Assembly (NCBI GenBank): GCA_020137815.1
Contig: CM035361.1
Location: 6,076,001 to 6,140,000 of the forward strand
Length of the DNA stretch: 64,000 nucleotides
Direction: 5' to 3'
Source: Hormiphora californensis
Taxonomy: Eukaryota > Animalia > Ctenophora
Below, piece by piece: positions 58,056-64,000 of this stretch. The number at the start of each line of letters is the position of its first letter. Positions within the stretch are counted from its first letter, which is position 1. Under the pieces are notes generated by a model that saw only the letters and a list, made by a program, of their open reading frames with translations, was not told the DNA's origin and ran no database searches. The position numbers were made by a program, and so were the translations under genes.

Positions 58056-61000
58056 TCACTTAAGAGCACCTTCTAGATAACACTTCATAAGATCATCGCT
58101 ATGACTTCCTTTCCGCTCCCCATTCCCCTCACCCCCATCCCTATCCCTCCTCCATCTCCTTTTACTCTTCTTGCTCTTTAAAAATACACTACACCACTCC
58201 ATACGAATATCACGGAGTTTCAGGGCCAACCGATTTTTTAGTTTTTCCCAGAAAGTTGTCTTTGTGCTTTCGGCCTGGTCCCGGGCAGTAGCCACCAGTA
58301 ACTCCACGATCAAAAACACAAAGGAGATGATGAGACCTAGAACTAGGAAGTAGAAGATTCCCTTCAGCGTGTAGAATGAAAGTCGCTTTTCGTTACCGAC
58401 ATTCCCTCGATCGCACGTTGATTCGCCTCTGCCCCAGGTCTCCCATAACTTAGCAAAGAAGCCCTCCTCTCGGTATTGTAGGATCTGTTTATTGAGGAGT
58501 CGGGCGTGGGGCGAGTTCATCGGGAGACCGAATGCAGTGGGGATTTTGAGAAGTCGCTGTCCGACCAGGAAGATATCACAACGTGAGGAAATGTTGTATT
58601 CCAACCATAAGCTGTCTTCAATGTAGGCGAATTTACCTTCGTTTACTAACCGCATTCCTAGGTAGGGAGAGAGGTTTTAGATGGTAGTTGGAAACACAAT
58701 GAAGACCAATTTGTTAATGAACACAAATAAACAAACAAATAAAAGTGTGTACAATGTATGTACTTTCTTCTCTTGTCTTGCTCGACCCTGTTTCACTACA
58801 CCCCGCAAATTACAAAATATGTAAAGGAGGGTTAGAAAATAACAACAGCTCCTCTTAAAATTTGTAATTTGCGGGTCGATACATTTAAAAAAGGAGGTTT
58901 AGAACGGGGTTAGAAAATAACAACTCTTCTTACCATTCTCGAAGTTCACAACATCAAGTGATTGTCCTCCTAGTTGTTTATACTGGTCGTTCACGTGACT
59001 TTTTAGGAGCACAGCGTCAACACCATCATGGATCATCCCCCATTTATATTCCGCCTGTAGATGTATTTGTTATGTTCTAACCCTTACATTTGCGCGCAAA
59101 ACACAGTCTAGCTAGGCAATGTTGTATTGTATACATTTCAATAGGATAAGTATCGGATAATTGTTTATGAGCTGCATGATAATAATCTGTAGAAATGGTG
59201 CATTGTATTGCCTTATTACTGTCGCTTGTGAGTGTGTGTAGTATAGATGTATGTCTGTCAGCGACCCATACCTCTAACCCTAGTCGTTATAGGCTATACC
59301 TCTAACTTTATTACTGACCCATACCTCTCTAACTACATGTAGTACTGACTCATACCTCCAATCCTGGTCGTTATAGGCTATACCTCTAATTATAGTATTG
59401 ACCCATACCTCTAACCCTGGTCGTTATAGGCTATACCTCTAACTATAGTACTGACCCATACCTCTAACTACATAATATACTACTGACTCATACCTCTAAG
59501 CCTGGTCGTTGGTTCAGTAGATCCACTGCCCGCTTGATGGGAACACCTTGCTTGTCCAAAGTCATGAATGCAGTCAAGTTAGCTGTGTACATGTTCACTA
59601 TCAACATAACGAAGAACCACCTGGCAGAATTAAAGAGATAGACAGAGAGAAATGAGAAATAATATTACACCGCCAAACTATAAAATTAATATAATGAGCT
59701 ACTTTAGCCGCTACTGAGATTGATTCTTTTACTAAAGAGAACAAGAGAAAGATTGCTGTAAGAGTGAGAGAGATTGGACCAATCTGATTGGTGTAATAAC
59801 TAAAGAGAACAATATAGAGATTGTTGTAATAACTAAAGAGAACAATATAGAGATTGTTGTAATAACTAAAGAGAACAATAGAGAGATTGTTGTAATAACT
59901 AAAGAGAACAATAGAGAGATTGTTGTAATAACTAAGGTGAGAGAGAGAGATTGTTGCAATAATTAAAGAGAACAATAGAGAGATTGTTGTAATAACTAAG
60001 GTGAGAGAGACTCACCAAGTCACCAGAATAGTTCGCCCGGATGGGCTTCGTGGCAGTGGTTCCCCACCTTGTCCAACAAACCCACTTCCAACGACCCAGA
60101 GAGCGTTATAAACCGACATTTTGTGCGTTCCTACTTCCTCTTCCGCTGTTTCCACCAAACAAACCTAATCAGGAAATTATGAAAGTTTTCATCCAAAGGT
60201 TTCGTTTCACCTTTAATTTTTGAATTTTTTCCCTGCCCGGGTGAATGCCTTCGGCATTCACCCGGATGCCTTTTTACTTTGTAAAAAGGCATAGCAGGGT
60301 TAGAATTCGAAAACGACATTTTGGTATACTAACTAAATTGGTAGAGGGACCATTTTTGTCACACTTTTGTCGCGAGGGGCAACGGTGTAGCAACTAGAGC
60401 CGCGCGCACAGTGACGAGCTACTCCTTCATCAAACACCTCATTGACACAGTTTGATGGACGTGTGTGCGCGCGCCACTCAACAAAACATGAAATGCTCTG
60501 CCGCACGTTCCGCGTGTTACATACACATTTTCATCTTGCGAGTCGAGTGTGAGATGTTAGATAAGTAGTTAAGTTGGAATGTCAAAAGCTGGTTAGCAAG
60601 TGTCATGTGATTGGGAGTTAGCTAACTCTAAGCTATGTGAGAAGTATACTGACAGCTAGATCGTATGCATCTCACATTACATTATGACCATTGACCAAGC
60701 CTTGATCCTGTTGGCAGTGACAATGTCACTGACATGTGAAACGGTAGGGCAGGGAAACTCAGCATTATGAACATATAATGCAATAATTCTTGTTTAGATT
60801 GTGCAAATTGGAATGGAATCAGGGATATAATTTGTCAATTACTATCTTTCTCCACATACCTCTTCTTCCTCCACTCCAAGCTGTGACTTCGTTTGTTGAT
60901 CTAGGCAGGCATCACACTTGCAGGACAGTTGGGCATGGGATACAATTCCGTGTTCGTCAAAGGGTGATAGTTTCCCGAATATGTTTTGAAGGATTGCAAT

Positions 61001-63860
61001 GACCACAATCGCTATTAGTATCGCACACCACGTTGTTATACCTGGATAGGTGAGATTGTTACTTTAACTAGTGAGAGAGAAAAGTGAGATTGTTACTTTA
61101 ACTAGAGAGAGAAAAGTGAGATTGTTACTTTAACTAGCTAGAGAGAAAAGTGAAATTGCCATAAATAACTAGCTCGAGAAAAAAGTGAAATTGTTACTTT
61201 AACTAGCGAGAGAGAAAAGTGAGATTGTTACTTTAACTAGCTCGAGAGAAAATAGAGGTGGGAAAGCAGGATGGTGTTACTAGTCGTCACTGGGTTTACT
61301 TTATGAAATTTTGTGAGGAATGAAAAGTTGGTAAATCAAAAGTCCAAATAAAACATACCGAAGGGTGTAAGAAAGAAGAACGTATTACTTGTCTTTGACT
61401 CCCCCTTCATAACTACACTAATACCAGTATCAATATAGCTATATGTGAAATCAATCCAAGCCCTTCGCTCCGAACTAACAGATAAGTCCATTGCTATTAG
61501 ATCTATCTTATTATCCAGGAGGTCTCCAATGAGACCGCTCCATGTGTTAGTGACCTTGTCGAACGTCCCGTATACCTTCTGTTTCGGCTGTAAAGGTATG
61601 GGTATTCGGTATATTGTTAGGATTGTGGTAAAGGGGTGGAAACTAGGAAGGGGTTGGGACACATCCTGGTGACCTCCCACACCCAGGACGTGTCCTCACC
61701 CCTTCATAGTATGGATGTGCAATAATACCGGGCATGGATAATACCCTCTCAAGGATAAAAATCCTCATCTCTAGGATAAATCTCGTAGTATCTGTTTTAT
61801 TGAATCAATAAACTAAGCCGTGGTTGTACTGGTGTAACCTATCTTGTTGTATCTTGTTGTAGCCTTCTTACTTGAAAGAAATGGTAAGTAAAATTCAGAT
61901 CCCTGGACATCTTGAAAAGTATCTCGGGACAAATGGGTCATTCTCATAAAATTGACACTTCGAGATGAGAGATTTTGGTCCTGCCTTTAGAGCATCTTAA
62001 CTTTGGTCAACTTTAGTAATTTTGGTACCAGAATGTAGAAAAATGTCTAAATTATCGAAAAATGAACAGCTTAGTACAATTATGTATCATAGGAATGAAT
62101 AATGACGCATAATATGCTAAAAATGACCGATTTTTGGCGTGGACGTAATGACCATGACGACCGTGACGTTAGGGAAAATCGCTCATAAAATCAGTTATGG
62201 TTGTCGTACGACGTAAAAATGGGTATCCAGCGGTAGCTCTCAAAGAGATCTGTCTGATTGGGAAATATGAAAGCATACTTGTAACTAATTTGGATTTAAA
62301 TTGCTTTGATAGTGAAAAATGTAATGATTGTAACGACCGTGACATTCGACCGTAACGTAACGGTCGTTAAAAATGTAACGACCATCACGTAACGGTCGTT
62401 AAATTTGTAACGTCCGTAACGTTATGGTCGCTACGAAAGTAACGACCATGACGTTATGGACATTACAAAATTCAAGATGTAATGACCGTGACAGACCTTA
62501 TAAGGTCATGAATTTGACTCCGCCACAAAGTTATTTGCACAGACATTACACCTGTAACGTCCGTAACGTTATGGACGTTACGAAATAACGACCATCACGT
62601 AACGGTCGTTAAATTTGTAACGACCATAGACGTTATGGTCATTACGACCACTTCACATGCAATTGTAATTAAATTGCATTGTAACGTCCATCACGTAACG
62701 GTCGTTGCGTAACGTACGCGGCTTTAATTACTCATAATTATTTAATTATGCAATAATTATGAAGTCCACGTATACAGAAATACTAAGTCCATTACGTGCT
62801 TTCAGATGATATAAGTTTTATCGAAATCGGACAAGTTTGAAATTTTGGTGTCAATTTCATGAGAATGACCCAAATGCCAATCCAACATTCCACCGAGTCA
62901 CTTTCACAGCCGTGCTTCTTCATCGCAAAGGGTGGTACTTCTAGAACCTAAAATAGAAAATTGATCTTGACCTTCTGATCAATTAGATCCCCTGCGGTCC
63001 CCTGGACTCTGGAGAGATCCGTCTACATTCGGACCGCGATAAATACCGGGAACTCCGATTTACCGAGTGGAACCCTTTCCCTCGAGCATCTCGGTAAATC
63101 GAGATCTGATTGTGTTACCAAAAACTATGATCTCCGGAGCTGGTTGAAAAAGGGTTTGAACGAAACAAGTTCAAACCAGGAACCGACCGAATCAGGAAAT
63201 ACTGGTCCCTGATTGGCCGATAACCAGTCACGTGACCTAAATAACGAGTTCTGATTGGTTGTTTACTTGTTTCGGTCGGTTCCTGGTTCAAACTACTCAC
63301 CCCAATCTTCAGGACCTGTCCTTCAAGGTTGTTTGCAAGGCCTATGGGGGCAGATTTTAGTCCGCCAAGAAACGTTACATCTTGGTCCGTTATCTCTAGC
63401 CTAGAAAGTATAAAATATGACGATACACTTTAATTCTGTATTATTATATTTTCAATATCGGTCTATTGAATGTATTTATTTCAATAAATATATGAAAATA
63501 CACTCAATAGACCGATAAAACACTCTTGTTTTGCATTTGTGCACACTCCATACTCTTAAAGGCGATTCAAATAAAGATTCTTCTACCTTCTAACCTTTTA
63601 TTTAGTTTGTTGCTATGCCATGTACCAATCTTGTCAAAATGGTACCCTGACCCTTCATCGACGAAATTCAAAATATTATACGCCGCAACCTGGGTGTTAC
63701 GGGCCTCAGCACTGAAACTGTACGCTCCAGTCACTCCTTGATAAGAGATGTTAGTTAGGTGTTCGAATATGTGTGCTCCCTCGTCAAATCCGGAGCCACC
63801 ACAGCGGGCACCAGAGTGGTCTATTACTGATCCAAGTTCGGTTTCGTGATACTGAAGAAC
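58056..63860 (-). CDS. Ionotropic glutamate receptor (ctenophore epsilon-type), 5' end beyond the window; S1 exon interrupted by a transposon in this haplotype
   Basis: Exons ~63595-63860, 63301-63400, 62872-62947 + 61872-61930, 61359-61587, 60859-61040, 60016-60164, 59494-59620, 58934-59054, 58056-58657. Motifs WSGLIGDL, ERRAWIDF, M1, GQGGEPLPRSPSGR, MYTANLTAF, AYIEDS, M4. Confidence 0.92.
59197..59510. repeat. Compound minisatellite built from the iGluR M3-exon donor junction
   Basis: Repeated tgac(c/t)catacctctaa(ccctggtcgtt), i.e. aacgaccagggttagag|gtatgggtca on the minus strand. Confidence 0.88.
59740..60010. repeat. 33-bp intronic minisatellite
   Basis: taactaaagagaacaatagagagattgttgtaa units. 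Confidence 0.9.
60229..60792 (+). mobile_element. Non-autonomous Helentron/Helitron2-like element, copy 2 (with ~70 bp extra internally)
   Basis: Near-identical to 32870-33353; T-run at the 5' junction and TT at the 3'; tttccctgccc ... gggcagggaaa followed by a terminal hairpin. Confidence 0.8.
61049..61250. repeat. ~32-36-bp minisatellite next to an iGluR acceptor
   Basis: gtgagattgttactttaactag...gagagaaaa, about 6 copies. Confidence 0.9.
61935..62871. mobile_element. 937-bp non-autonomous DNA transposon with GGG...CCC termini and 4-bp AAAT TSD (Sola-like), inside a coding exon
   Basis: aaat|gggtcattctcataaaattgacac ... gtgtcaatttcatgagaatgaccc|aaat; internal array of gtaacgacc/ggtcgttac palindromes. 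Confidence 0.88.
63177..63285 (-). mobile_element. hAT-type MITE with perfect 8-bp TSD
   Basis: gttcaaac|caggaaccgaccgaa ... ttcggtcggttcctg|gttcaaac. Confidence 0.93.
63456..63517. repeat. 62-bp inverted repeat (mini-MITE)
   Basis: tatcggtctattgaatgtattt ... aaatacactcaatagaccgata. Confidence 0.75.
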
Positions 63861-63968
63861 CTAGAGAGAGAGAGAAATGGTTTTTACCGCTCGCAAATGG
63901 TCTAGGGATTAGGGAAACTCCCTCTCGGCATTCTCCCCTCCACCCTATCTTTATTCATTTCCGTATAA

Positions 63969-64000
<32 letters not shown>

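Overview
Eukaryotic, intron-rich, microsatellite-rich genomic DNA, most likely from a cydippid ctenophore (Pleurobrachia-like). This attribution is inferred from a ~109-bp MITE I recall from Pleurobrachia gene models, a ctenophore-type WTAVER/PWDLE domain and an iGluR with a Cys-rich M1-M2 loop. Hand-spliced genes: secreted EMI+EGF protein (-); 10-exon cathepsin L (-) with a complete antisense secreted sushi-domain gene in intron 6; ~20-exon multi-EF-hand gene (-) with a nested calmodulin-like gene; orphan PHD ORF; DRC10/IQCD, alpha-arrestin and CFAP99 (all -); 5' part of transportin-3 (+) with an antisense iGluR apparently nested in its intron. Mobile DNA: full-length LOA/Lian-like LINE with RNase H, truncated LINEs, Kolobok-, Chapaev-, Sola-, hAT- and Tc1-type non-autonomous elements, and Helentron-like elements, including a three-layer insertion stack and one insertion that splits an iGluR coding exon. 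The most unusual pattern is that intronic minisatellites are repeatedly tandem copies of, or abut, the splice junction itself, giving arrays of decoy donors and acceptors in at least 7 genes. Nine genes also have a 3' splice acceptor just before the ATG, consistent with SL trans-splicing and possibly operons. About 41.4-47.4 kb looks largely like uncorrected, low-quality assembly. All coordinates were read by hand and may be off by a few bases.
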